Shown piece by piece: positions 12,935-26,600 of a stretch of 64,000 bases of DNA. The translations under genes and the position numbers were made by a program. This DNA is from Pocillopora damicornis. Taxonomy: Eukaryota. The number at the start of each line of letters is the position of its first letter. The first letter of the stretch is position 1. Location: positions 124,001 through 188,000 of the forward strand of contig NW_020843717.1 of NCBI RefSeq assembly GCF_003704095.1, given 5' to 3'. The notes beneath the pieces were generated by a model. The model saw nothing but the letters and a program-made list of their open reading frames with translations, did no database searches and was not told where the DNA came from.

Positions 12935-15900
12935 CTAGAAATATAATTACAACCAGCTATGTGAGAACTGAAAAGTTATCGTGAGTTGTGAAAAAACACT
13001 TTCTGGACAAGAAAAATCTCAGGATCTAAAAGATTAGTTGCCCAAGGGCAAAGCAATAAATAAGTTCGATTCGCCTGTTGATATGGCATACAGAGGAGGG
13101 TTTACAATTAACTTGCAATCACAAAATAAACAATCACGGCTTTTTTTACGATCCTAACCTTTCACTTGCCATCTACTAAATCAATCGAAAAGCAGACTGA
13201 TCGATGTAGTGCTAGAAGAATACAAATTTTGTTTAAGCTTTTTACAGATGAGCCGTTTGATCAGTCAATCGAGACCTTCACGGGACCAGGTCTCCTGTCG
13301 GAATGAATGACTGATTTTTGCGCGAATACTTTGTGTGCACTTTTTCCACGTGCCCCTTTTTGAACAAATTACCCGCCATAATTTGAACCAATCAGGCCAC
13401 GCATAACAAACCCCCGGGACTCTGTCACGCTTTGTGATTACTTCCAGTGAATTTTTTACCAGCAAATGCTAGCGTTGTCAGCCTGCGATAGGCTTCGGCA
13501 ACGAAAATAACTGAGGGGAACGGGTGAAAAAAGGGAAAAAATGAAAGGTGTTACAAGCTCTAATAGGTAGAACCGAAAGGGAAGGCATTTTGAACTTTCA
13601 CAAGTCTTGGCTTGATTTTATTGACCTATCACGTGCGTTGATTTTCAACACATCCTTAAGTAACCCGAACATTAGGCTTAAAATGCGGAAATTCTAGGTT
13701 CTTCCATGTTGATCTTCTTTGGATCACAAGTGCCAAGGATTTGGTAAGAACACCATGAGTTTTGGATGATGAAATTTTCATTTGAATATTCAAAACTTTA
13801 AGAGGGACCCCCGCATTTAAATGTTAATTACATTACTCAAAAAGTAAACAAAAGATTTGACGTCTATAATACATGGAAACTACTAATTAATCACACGGTT
13901 GACAGAGCTTAAGAGAACCTCCTATTTCAAGAAAACAAACCATGAAAGCTTCCATTCCAAAGCAACAGTTGATAAATTCTGAACGCATAAAAAGATTCGT
14001 ACTCAGAGGTAGGTACTGAAGTGTGATGTCGCTCGATGCGATAAAGACATGAAATCATGCTCGTTCCATATTCTCGGCTTAAATCGGATTAAGTTTACTT
14101 ACGATTTAATGGGGTATTAAATCAATTTTGGTTTTTATAAGTTTTCCGCATATTGCGGACTATCGCATGTTGCGCCATCGTCGGTTAATCTTTCCCAATT
14201 TAGATTCAATTTGTGTACCAATCCTCTTGTCCATCTGACACCGTCAATACTGCAACTGTTAAGATAAACTGTTCGAGGCAAAGGCAGAAACTACGATATT
14301 TACGCATCACGACAACTGCTGAAAGAACATTTGATTCAGCCAAAAGAGACGGTGGTTGAAAGAAAAGAGGGGCGATAGTGTAATATCTATCGAACCGCGC
14401 CTTACTTTATCTGTGTGCCGAACTGCAGACCAACGAGGGAATTTTTTATCATCACAAATGCGCTTTACTCGTATCTCTTTACATTTTTTTACAAGGGAAT
14501 CCCTAAGCCTCTAGTTAAGCAGTACCGTACAGAAAGGGTGTAACAACAGCTGTTCATGGCTGTTGACGTGATGGTAATTGTATTTTTTATCATTTGTTCA
14601 ATTTTTTCTCTTTTCACGTAGAAGGAACTTCCATTTTCACTACGTTTATTGGGTTGGTCGGCGTCTTCCGTGGGTTCAATCTACCGTTCTTCCATTTCAA
14701 ACTCTGATGAGATAGGCGACATGAAACCTCGGTAATTGTCACTAATCCTGGCAGAAAGCTATGCCGGCACGGATATAACTTTCAGGTTTAAACACTTTGA
14801 TAAATACGCAAACAGGAGTCAAATATTGTTCTATACGGATGTTATTGTCTCAGGAGGTTCTGAAGGAAATTTTAAGCATGGATAATCTGGATTGTTTTGT
14901 TGTCTCAATGTTTGAGCCTGTCTTAAGGACAGGTTAGAGGCAGAGGGGAAGACATGTAAAAACTCACGTCCAAGATACATTTCCCGTTCAAGCGTTTTTT
15001 AAGGTAAGGCATGCTCGGCTTCGAGAAAGGACGCTTAAAACTGACCCGTTTTTCTTCTGCAAATTTACTCTTTCCCAAAGCGTAAAAAGTGTATTTAATA
15101 CAATTCAATAAAACTGGATCATAAACCGAGAACCATTTCCTTATTGATTTTTGGGTTATTTTTTGTAACAGGTAGAAAAGAATAACAGTTTTGTTTGTTT
15201 CACGAAAAAGGGAACAATAAATAGTCACGCCCGTCTATTGTGTCCATGAGGTCTTTTAGGTTCCACCAAATTCATCCTGAGTATGCCTTCACAGGTTCTC
15301 CAGCGTTTGTGGCTCCATTTATGATAGGCTAGTAATCAGGCGTTCGGATTCATGAAACAGTTCGACGAAAAAGGGACTCGCACGAGTATATTTAAGTGCA
15401 ATTAATGAATGAATGGTTTAAGTGTTATACTTCCGAAGTATACCATTGAATAACCGGAAGCCCACCCAAGAAATAAAACTCGTTATAGCCATCGAGCAAG
15501 AAGATTAGAAACCTCTTTAATTATCTTTACCACTTACGCTGGTTTTTTTTTAATACTGAGAACCTTGTTTCAGGCAGAGATTAGCCAAAATTTTTAAGAA
15601 CATACGAAGAATATACCCAGGCTAAGAGTCAGTTTAGAACTATATAATTTTGTTCGTTTTTTTGTAATAAGTATAAATAAAGGTAAAAAAAAATGTAAAA
15701 CTGTGGTCTAACAGGAAAATTAACTCACGTCCGAACTTTACCGCACAACCTTGAGAATATATTATATTATAAACGTTTTCAGGCTCAAATCGCAGAAAAA
15801 AATTAGAACGTTTAGCCTCAGTACCCAAATTAGTCGTTCTTATGAAAAAAAAGAGTGTAATTACTTATCATTTTCTTGTGCTTACGATGCAAACGGTTTG

Positions 15901-17621
15901 CCTGTTTGCACCAAGTGATATCTTTATCATTCTGTCTGTAATTTACATCACGACACTTGATAGTCACCCAGACCTCCCATGGCGAAATGTGCTTGTAGCC
16001 AAATCGATAAAGGAGGGTTCTTTTCTTTTATGCATTCAAAGTGGTGGGGCGTTTGAGATTTGAGATCAATACCACATATACAATCCCCTTCATGAACTTA
16101 GCCTTTGAGGACAATACGCGGGCTATCGTGTAATTCGCGGCTTGGGCAGCCACAGACGATACGCTAGGAAGCCTGAACACAAGGATTATCGGCGCACGAA
16201 GAATGCTTGGAGCATACTCACGTAAAACTCTCCTTCATCCACTGTTGTAGTTAAATCATGAGCAAGTGGCACACGTGCATGTCTCGTCGACTTGTCTGCC
16301 ACTAAACGTTTTACTCAGAAATGGGCCGCCTTCATGTCTGGAATTTCAGCCAGGGTGTCATCATTCCTCTTATTAAATGCAAATAGTAGTCGCAACCCAC
16401 AAAGAGGCATTTAAATTCGCGACACTTTTTGATGCTCCAGAGGGACTACAATGGTTAAGGTGTTTTTCTCCTGCCCTTGCGCTTGATTCCATGCCCAATT
16501 AGCCTTCTCTCCGGACAATAGAAAAGTCAAAAGTTTGCTTCTACAGAGACAAGGGAAAGGGCTAATGGAATGCAACTAGCCACCACATCGTTAAAGAGGT
16601 GCTCGATATCCTTGGGTTTCATTGAAGTTAAAAAAAATTAAACACTAACTACTGAATAATCACTAATGCATCCCACTTTCTCGACCAGGATTAAGAAAAA
16701 TAGAGAAAAATGACACTCAGCAAGTTAAATCTCGTTGGATCTTGTTTCCACCCTTGTAAATACGCAAATGAACACAGACTATACCTAGTCGCCTCGCTCT
16801 AAGCTCGGAGAAATTATTATTTTCCTAACTTATGTAAGCGATTGGCGAAACCTACTAACATAAATTTGCCTTGACTGTTTGCATCTGTGTTCTTAAACAA
16901 CCGAGGCTTAAGTTGTTTCTTACCTTAATCCAATACCTCCATTTCACTCACTATTGGTCTCTATTCTGAAGTAAAACTATTCCAAAAGTCCTGTCCTGCT
17001 TCATTTTAATTGGAAAGGTTTTGTACGCAGTGAAGTGCAGTAGACCTCATTTGAAGATGTTGACGCTTAACAGCTGTAATTACCGTGTTTGGGCCCTCCG
17101 TTGCGCCGAAGGTCACGCAGGTGTGGTTGCGGAGCTAGGCTGTGCACATGTGCTCAGCAATCATTTCATTTTTTAGCATACTTTGTTATTGTTAGGTTAT
17201 TCGAAGTCACGTTTTCTAAATTTGCAATGGTTGGCCTGTTTTGAAAATGAAGATTAATAAATGAAGATACAAAGTGAAAAGTTCAGGACGGCCCGTTGGG
17301 AAAAACTGGCGCATGACTGGTCCGTAAACTTCGAAGAAACAAAGAAGAATTTTAATCTTAATCTTGCCTTGGGGAGAATTAATTAATCCTGCCAACCTGA
17401 AAAAAATTTAGGTTACGTTCATTCGTGTTATCTTTATCATTGCTATGACAAAAAAATCCAGCATGACATTTTAGAGACTTAAATGCTGAGAAATTTAGAA
17501 CTCAGTTATATTCATTCAAAANNNNNNNNNNNNNNNNNNNNNNNNNNNNNNNNNNNNNNNNNNNNNNNNNNNNNNNNNNNNNNNNNNNNNNNNNNNNNNN
17601 NNNNNNNNNNNNNNNNNNNNN

Positions 17622-20600
17622 GAACTTGCTCTTTTCTAAACAGCAGCTCGCGTATAACACCGTCACCACCCCTGTGAAAACCATTCCCACCAGTACCGGG
17701 GTTGAGATGAAAACGGCGCAGAATCACTGGAAACCTAGCAAGGGCGGAAAACATATCAGTCTAGAGCCCAGGCTTACTCTTTCTAAACCTTTTCAAGTGA
17801 CAACAAACCAGTCGAGGCCTTCACTAGTTTTCCCTAACCCAACTAATCCTTGTGGAGTTAGAATGTGCCAAGTGTTCTGAACTACGTTTTTTCTTTTTCG
17901 TATTTTGAACAAACTTTGTTCTTTCCTCTTTTGAGTCCCAATATCTAATTAGTAATTCTCCTTTTAAATCTGACACACGTCTCGAGGTAAATATGTTGAA
18001 AAATTTTGGAAAATAATCGAGACTGAGGTCGCGTAACATCCCATCCTCCCACTGTTCCCCCGGGGTAGCCGTTAATCTCGTGAAAATTATCAGCTAAGCT
18101 ACCTTCTTTCGATTATCTCTGGATCTGTGATCCTTGTGTTTGTCATGTGGACATGAACTCCACTGCGTCCGTCCCATGTGGGTCCCTGCGAAGAGGATAG
18201 GTGCCTTCTTTCAAAAATTAACACAGTATCATCTACATTTATGTCTACAATTTTTTTAAAAAGTACTCATTTGTTTTTATTTGGCCACCAATAAGATGGT
18301 TGAATAAATTTAGGTCAAAGAAACGCAAACAACAAACAAATCTCAAGTTTGCTGCTGGGAACAAACAAGAAAGACTGTAGAGCGCTTTTCGACTGAGATT
18401 CGTAAAACCAAACCTTCAAGAGAGAAATAGCCAATCTGAGCAAAGGTCAACAACACAAGTAGCCAATGGAACTTAACATTACCAAACTCAAGGGCGGACA
18501 TACACGCATTAACAAGTCACGACTGGTTTACTTTTGTATCTGTTTGGACGACAGGTTTTCCGAATTTATCAGAGAGCCAAATGTAGCAAAACCATACAAA
18601 GCTGGATTATTTTCGACACTCAATTGAACACTTATCTTTCACATAACTGATCAGATCATTCGTCCTTAAGTGACCAGTAACTTAAAATCCTTAGTGGAAA
18701 CAACTCACCGCCCCAGATCCTCCGCAGATTGTCTCGTAGTAGCCGCATCCTTCGTCGCCAAAGGTCGTGTTATTCATACAGCCCTGTCACACAGGTGGAA
18801 AGTGAATTAGACAGACAATAAACACACTTACCGCCCCGGATCCACCACTGATTGTCTCAATATACTGGCAATGCTGATCTCCAAACGCGGTTATGTTCAT
18901 ACATCCCTATACAAAGCGATACCTCGCTGTCAGTAGTACACATTCCTTTTAGGCTTTGCGGCTATAAGTTGAAATTAAGTGTGCGAGACATTCCAGGGCA
19001 AGTGACATAACACGTGACTTCTCACTAACCTGTGACGCAGCGCACACTTCAAAGGCTTTCAGCACCACGTCAACAACTCGCTGACTAGTCAATACGTTCC
19101 CGCCAACAACTGCCGCAGTTTCCGTTGGATCAAGAACGCTAGCAGGCGGAATAACTACTTTTACTGGCGTCAAACAACCCTGAAGGAGGGAAAAAACAGT
19201 GTTGACGGGTCTAAAAATTTTCATAGTATTGAAGCCTCTGAAGGATTTGGTAAATTATCTAGATAAACGCAAGGAAAACAGACGCAGCTTATAATTACCT
19301 GGTTCAGCGGTATCGAGTGTTTGACCATGCACCGCAGACAGTAAATAATGGCAGAGAAGGTGATGGCGCGAGGTGCATTACAGTTCCCGTACATCTCGGG
19401 TCCAGTTCCTGTGAAGTCAAAGACTGCGCTGCCCTGAAACGAAATAGTAATAACTTCATCGAAAAGTACCCTTCGCTGAAACCTTTACAGCTTTATTTTT
19501 TACACTGAGTACAAGTCTTAAACAAAGAAAGTTGTTCACTTAAATTAACGTTACAGGAGGCCGTTCAGTCTTGGAAGACTGAGAACTTTGTTGAATGACC
19601 TTAAAATTTCAAAATTCTGCCCCAGTATACTTGGACAATTGATTTGGTTATGGATTCCATTAAAAATCTTATATTGAACTAGAATTCCACGTCCTCATGT
19701 GAAGACTATCTACCTCTTTCTCGTCGATGGAAATTGTAAGTTTAATGCGCGATCCATCATCCATGTGATCCTCGGCGGATAGTACTGTCTTTCCGGTGCG
19801 TTCCTGCCGATTTGACAGGAAAACAAAAGTCACAAATAAAAACTCTACCCGCAAAAGATTTGTCAAGATGAAATGTCAAATTTTTTCGGGTAAAGAAAGA
19901 CGGGTATCCCTCTCTTTTTGCTGTGCATCAATAGCTGTTACCTAAGGTTTCCTGATTAATTCTGCTGCAAAGAGCTTTTTCCAATTAAAGCTAGTCACAA
20001 CAACCAATCAGAGCAAGAAAAACATCACATAGAGCCAATGAAAACAAAAAGTGGATATGACGTAGTCGACCTGAAGCGCGGGAAACACGAATGACAAAGT
20101 CACGATCGGTTTAAGTTTTGTATCTGATTGGCTGAAAGAATGGCGCGTTTCTAGACCAATCACAGGACGCAGTGAAACAATACCTATGCAATCATGCACT
20201 GTTCATGTAGTTCTGTCATATTTCCTCACCTTAGTTTTTGCAGCAATATCTTTCAGCATTTCTCGAACAGCAACTTCGGCATTATGCTAAAATAAACGCA
20301 AAAAAAATTCACTGAAATAAGAATTATTAAAACAATCTTCAACACAGACCAAGTTACTTTTATATTTCGTTGGAACAGCTTCTGAGAATCTCACCTGAAT
20401 ATACTTCATGTATGCCTGCACCACGGGCAGGCTGTATTCTTCTATCAAGCTACTAATCAATTTGATTCCCTATAAAGTAAAAATACCAAATATGCTATCA
20501 ACGAGCCGAGATATCACATAATCATCGCCCAATCACAGGGCACACGTCTCTATTGTCACCTGTGTAATTAGACTCGATTGAATTTAAATATAAGACTATC

Positions 20601-23600
20601 AAAAGATGGAAGGCTAGGGGAGGGGAGGGAGAGGACTAAACATGCCCGTACCTTATGATTAGCCGCCACTTGGGCCTTAAGATCAGACAGGTTGTCATGG
20701 AGATTGCGCGTTCCACTGCATCCGGGATACTTGCTGGGCTCCATAAGCTTTTCAATCAGTGCTGTAGAACGAAGACGTCAGATTAAAATTACTGGATTGA
20801 TCCTTGTCCCCTTCACAATACAACTACGGGTCATTTCGAATCTGGACGTTAACTGCTGCTCGAAGTTCTATTGTGATTCTGGTTAAAAAAGGGCAACCTC
20901 CTTTTCTGGAAAACATTCTATCGGTATCTGTTCACTTAGTTGCGTTGGCGAGCATTAAGTTATCATTCAACATTGTAGCTCAAAAGCACATTACCAGAGA
21001 AGAGTGCCTGAGTTTAAATTTGGAGATGTGAGGTACCGAGTTCGAAAAGTAACGTTGTACCTTCTTCTTGAAAGACACCTCCTTTAACTATTTTAAATGA
21101 TTTGAACACGGCTCCTTCTTCAAATATGGAATGTGAATCAGGCGGCATGGACCCTGTAAGGGAAAAAAATGTATAAAATGTTTTCTCATATGTTTAAATA
21201 TAGAAAAGGTTTATGAGACAAACATAAGGATAATTTCAACACACAGGATAACATCTGCGCTCAAAAATGGACGAAACAAACAAATACAGGAGAAGAAGCA
21301 ACAGCAACAATAACCTTTTCCGGGCTCTTTATCGTGGTATCGAGAGAAGTGCTTAGGACCTGGGAAAGAGGAAAGTGCATTTCTTGTTTCCCAGATCCCA
21401 GCCGTTCAGTGCTCGTGTCTCTACTAATCGAGAGTCTAGCGTAAAGTACAACAACAAAAACTCTTGTAAATGAACCTCAAGAGCCTTCATAAAATGCCTC
21501 ACCTAAGAGCTAATCAAAATCATTGTACGGAATCTTGGGTTAAAAGACATACGTTAAGGAGTTTGTGAACGCTGAATAGTTCTTGACAGTCAATATCGTT
21601 CTGATAAGCTAAAAAGGATTGGTACAGACCTGGAGCAGATCCTCCGATATCTGCATGATGGCCACGGCTTGCGACAAAGAACACGGGCTTTGATTGACCA
21701 GGATAGAAAACCTGAACAGCAGAAGAAAAGGAGCGAGAGACAACTGAGTCTTCCTTAGTTAAATTAAAATTTTGTTTCCATACTGATTCTAAATCTGTGA
21801 ATTTGCGTTGCGCCAGAGTACAATTTTTTTCGTCTAATAGGCGTAGCATGATAAGCTGGTTGTCGTGTGCACCATGCTTTATCCCTATCAGAAAATTCTT
21901 TATTTTAGGATGTCTATCTACCTTGGAAATTTTCTTTTAATCGAATGTTTTTCCTATGTGATTCGATTTCGTAAGTTTCGAAAATAAGACCTAAGTTGCT
22001 TCCACCCAAGCCACTTTTTTTTAAAGCTTCGTGTGAAATTTAGGTTTAGCGGTTTTTGTAATGGTCGTGTTAACTGTGGGTCCATAGGTGTCCTAAAAAG
22101 GAGACTTTATAGTTCTCTGGATCGAATATCTTCCTTACCGGGGTGATGACAGTTAAATCTGGAAGATGTGTCCCGCCTGCGCTCGGGTGGTTACTGAGTA
22201 AAACATCACCTTCCTTCAGATCATCTCCTAAAGTGCGAATCTAAAAAGAATTCCAGGTCATGATTAGCCATGAAAGAATCTCGACGAAGAAGGCAATAAA
22301 ACGACATAGATCAAATTAAAAAAAATTATTAAGTAGTATTTAGTTGAAAATAGTGTTGTTTAAACCTGATATTGCACAGTTTCCTGCATGGAACCGAGAT
22401 GAACTGGGATGTGTGGGGCATTGGCAACCAGGCCTCCATCTGGTCCAAACATAGCACAGGAAAAGTCGAGTCGCTCCTGCAAAAAGTGAAAAGGTATAAC
22501 TGTAATCAGGAAATTTCTACTCCATTGACCAAAGAAGCCATGATAGAAACTCAGCCCCTCTGTATCAGGTCTCGTAGATCGGTGACTTGGATTCAAGTTA
22601 GTTCAGTATAAACGAAAAAGTTAGTCTCAGCCGCAGAAACAAAACCATTTAAAGCAATAGACCAACCTTGAACGCCAAAACGTCCCTGAGATAGATACGA
22701 AAAATTTAACGAAATAACATTCAGTATTATATCTCACCTTGATGTTAGTTGAAATTGATGTACGCTGAAGAACTCTGACGAATGCGAGAAAAAAACAGAA
22801 TCAGGTATTCTGTGTAAAAACTCACCACAGAGTTGAAATAAATCTCATTTTACTCACCGGCCCATCTGCTCAGCTGTACTCATAAAACGATGGGAAAATA
22901 TGGAAAGCTGAGAAATAAAAGAATGAAACTAATCACGAAACACAAGCAAACTGTTCTGTGGCAGAGGTTACATGGAGGAGAACACCTTAAAAGAACTGCC
23001 TCGGAGGCACAGAGATAACTTTTTTTTGAGTGTGACCCTTTCACCGACATCTGCACCCTGAGTGCATTGATACACAACCTTGGAAACTGTACGTAGTATT
23101 TGTTAAGAATCATTGTATCTGACCAAGTGGCTGTTTACATCCCTTTGAATCCATAACGTAGTTAACGCAAATAGAATGCCCATATTTCTTATGCAATAAC
23201 CTGAGAATTCAGAAACGTTACTCTCACATAAGCTAGTCATAAAATTGATTCAAACAGTACCTGAATCGCATCTAGTTCTGTTCCAATACTCTTTTTGCCT
23301 TGGTTTCCTCCAATCTAAAAAGTAGTAGCGACCATACTGGTAAGTGATATTCAATTGTGTTGTGTGATTGGTTTGGAAATTTTGCACCACCCTCTCGTGC
23401 AGGAGAAGAAAAACGAAATCTCATCACAACATTAGTTCACTTCAGTCCCTTTTAACTGCGGTTTTCATTTTGAGTTCTCAGATGTTTCACGATAATGTCC
23501 TTTGTTCCAAAGGAACGTAGTTGTTAATTTCGTTTTGGTTTTTTGACGCCCAACTGAGAGGTGCTCAGAAAAGACTATCTTTGTTAAGTTAAACTTGTAT

Positions 23601-26600
23601 GTAATTTTCAGACCCAGTATGTCGTGTAATGAACATTGCAGTTAAGTTTAGAACGTTAAACGCGTTACACCACTTCTGTTTCATTTTCAGATTCAAGATG
23701 GAGTTTCGTGCGAGGAGAAGGAAGCAAATGGTTCAAGAAAGCTGCAACTTACTTACTGCCCGCCGCGCCTCTTGGCGCATATAGCAGCGACGAGATCAGA
23801 GAGCTGCAAAGCAGGCGTTTTTAAGGAAGCGCATCGACCGCTACCTTAGTGCCTATTCATGTCTCGCCCAAACCATGCACTGTTTTCACAACACACATTT
23901 CGCTTAGAAGAACATCAAAAATTAGTCGGGAAGCTTTCCATTAGACAATATACCAATTTACTAATAAAGCAAACAAAACCTCAATCTTGATGTCTCCTGA
24001 TGAAGTGATAGACGCTTTGCATTGTGGTTCAACAAGAACGGTACTGAAAAACAAACATCAATTTAATGAATACTCTTCTTGTGTTTGTTTGTGATTAATG
24101 TGTGGTTCATTTTAAACCTCGTTCACCTGGTATTATTTACGATAATGGCCGGTCCATCTATAAGCTGGCCAGCGGACAACTCCTCAAGGAGGTACACCTT
24201 CGTGTCATGAAAACCATCTTCAAAGTAACATTTCGTTGTCTAGTGTAAGAAAGAAAAGCGTAAGCAGACCTTGTGTTTTCGTGGCTATTCCAAAGAAACC
24301 TCAACCTGATGGCCACTTAGTTGCCTCTAAAAGTCCCAGTGATTGACATGTAACTTCTCCCCAAAATTGCAATGTCTCATCCAACAGACAGGTGATGAGA
24401 ATAGAGAAATTGGTCTACAAGTTACCAGACCATTTTCTCTTGACTTATTTGCAAGGAAATTTTTGGCAGCCAGGAGAGTAGAATTATTTAAAATCAGATT
24501 CAAAGAGTTGAAATTCTCTTATTAAGATTTCATTGGATCTGCGATTTTTCCCTTAAGAATCTTATCCATGAGACATGGGTGTAAACTTAAATCTGAAAGA
24601 CGTTCGTAAGAATACCTTTTTCACCGGGGGAGGGGTGCTCGCTTTTGGTATTTCATGTGATACGGATGTCTTAGAGTGTCCAGTCCCTCTCACTCTGATG
24701 TCATCAATTAGGATCTGTCTGTTAGGTATCGTGAAACCAAATTCCCGAACGTATCTTCAGTAATAAAAAGAAGAAAAAAAATTCAAGATTAAATTAAGGG
24801 GGAAATATACATGAAAACACAAATCATTTTAGATAAAAGTCTTTACCGTTCCTTAAACGCCTGTCCAAAATCACCATGGCGACAGGTTTCTCCTTCCTAG
24901 AAAAAGAAAGCAATCAATACTACTTTTTCTTGATTCCCGTTTGGCACGATGGACGATGGACAATGGACATCGTAAATGACGAAACTTTTCACTTACAGCA
25001 AAAAAGACGCAGAATTGTTTTTTTAAACCAGGTTAAGCTGGAGATGAGGTAAACAAAAAAGTCCTACCTTTGTGTCTTTCTGAGGATCAGCAGTACACAT
25101 GAGCGCGCAGTCTGTTCCACTGTACCGCATATGAAGGAATGCTTCTGTGGAGATCTGGTTCCTTAAAANNNNNNNNNNNNNNNNNNNNNNNNNNNNNNNN
25201 NNNNNNNNNNNNNNNNNNNNNNNNNNNNNNNNNNNNNNNNNNNNNNNNNNNNNNNNNNNNNNNNNNNNAGCAATTAGTTGTCTTTCAGGCCGAGCTAAAG
25301 GGTGCGGGAATGTTTGCAAAAAAGTCTTTGGAAAACCGGAAGTTGTAGAAGAGGAACCTTTTGATGGCCATTTCCAGTTTTCGAAATTTTAGCATACTGT
25401 TCCTTTACTTCACGCGGGGACACAGTCACAAATGAAGATTACTCAAAAACGAAACAGGTTCCCCTGTAGAGCGCTTTTCTATTCAGTGCCGTGAATTCAA
25501 AACGAAAGTGTTTACATTAGCCAAGCAGAAACAAATATAACAAAAGAATCCCATACAACCTTAGATAGATCAGCCGAATGGACCTTAAGAGAGAAAACGC
25601 AAGTGACCAAGTTGAGGTTAGGTGTGGTTTTACATCTATTTTTCGTAGAGGATGGTGTGCCATATCAGGTTACTGTCGACACCCATTGGATTATTGTTTC
25701 ATTCGAACGGCCCCATGTTATTAACTTATTTCTTCAGCTAATTTTTTCTGTTTTCTATTCCAGGTAAATGAATTCCTAGCCTCCCAGGACGACGGCGCAA
25801 AGAAGGATCCTTTAACGGTGGAACAGGTTGCCATGGGGTTCATTACAGTTGCTAACGAGACCATGTGTCGACCAATCAGAGCGCTTACTGAGGCCAGAGG
25901 CCATGACACTTCACGTCATGTTTTGGCTTGTTTTGGTGGGGCCGGTGGCCAGCATGCTTGCTCCATTGCACGGTCCCTGGGAATGTCATCTGTGTTCATT
26001 CACCGGTAAGGAGAAAACATCAGTTTTTCGCAATTCATGTAAAAAGAGGAAAGCATTCGTCATTCTTATCCTCAACCGCCTTTTTGGTCCATGAACACTT
26101 TCTATTGAGTACTAGAAGTTATTCTGAGTTGCTTTCCTTTTTCTTCCTTTTTGATTGGTTCTTGTTAAACATTAACGCGTTTGGTTTTCACTTTGAGTTC
26201 CCATTGGCTCGTTGTGAAATTTTTTCCGTTGTTTTGATTGGCCGTCTTAATTCCGTTGGGTTTGGTGTTAAAAGCGCCCTCATTTACGTTTTGGCATTCG
26301 ACACTACTGGGTCAGGATTACACGGATACAGACCAAGGATACGTTTTTTACGGCGATGACGAGATTTAACGGATGGGGCTGTCGGCTTTATCGCCCTCTC
26401 TGTGAATAGTGAAAGAGCATTTGTAATACACCCCACAAATACAGCACCACAGATTCTTTAGAAACTTACCCCCGCTATTCATATTGAAAACTAGTTGAGA
26501 CTGAAACTGTAACTCAAGGCTAATATTTAAATAAACTGTTGTCTTACTCAATCCATTATTACAAATAAACCGAGAACTGATACAACTTTTTCAAACAGAT

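Noticed and set aside
9800-17500. Assorted 60-106 aa ORFs in cyclin E intron and upstream DNA
   Set aside because: No recognisable homology or splice-consistent structure; expected by chance in six frames.
20075-20085. E2F-like GCGCGGGAAA with CCAAT boxes
   Set aside because: Lies within a dispersed repeat in an OPLAH intron, not at a promoter.
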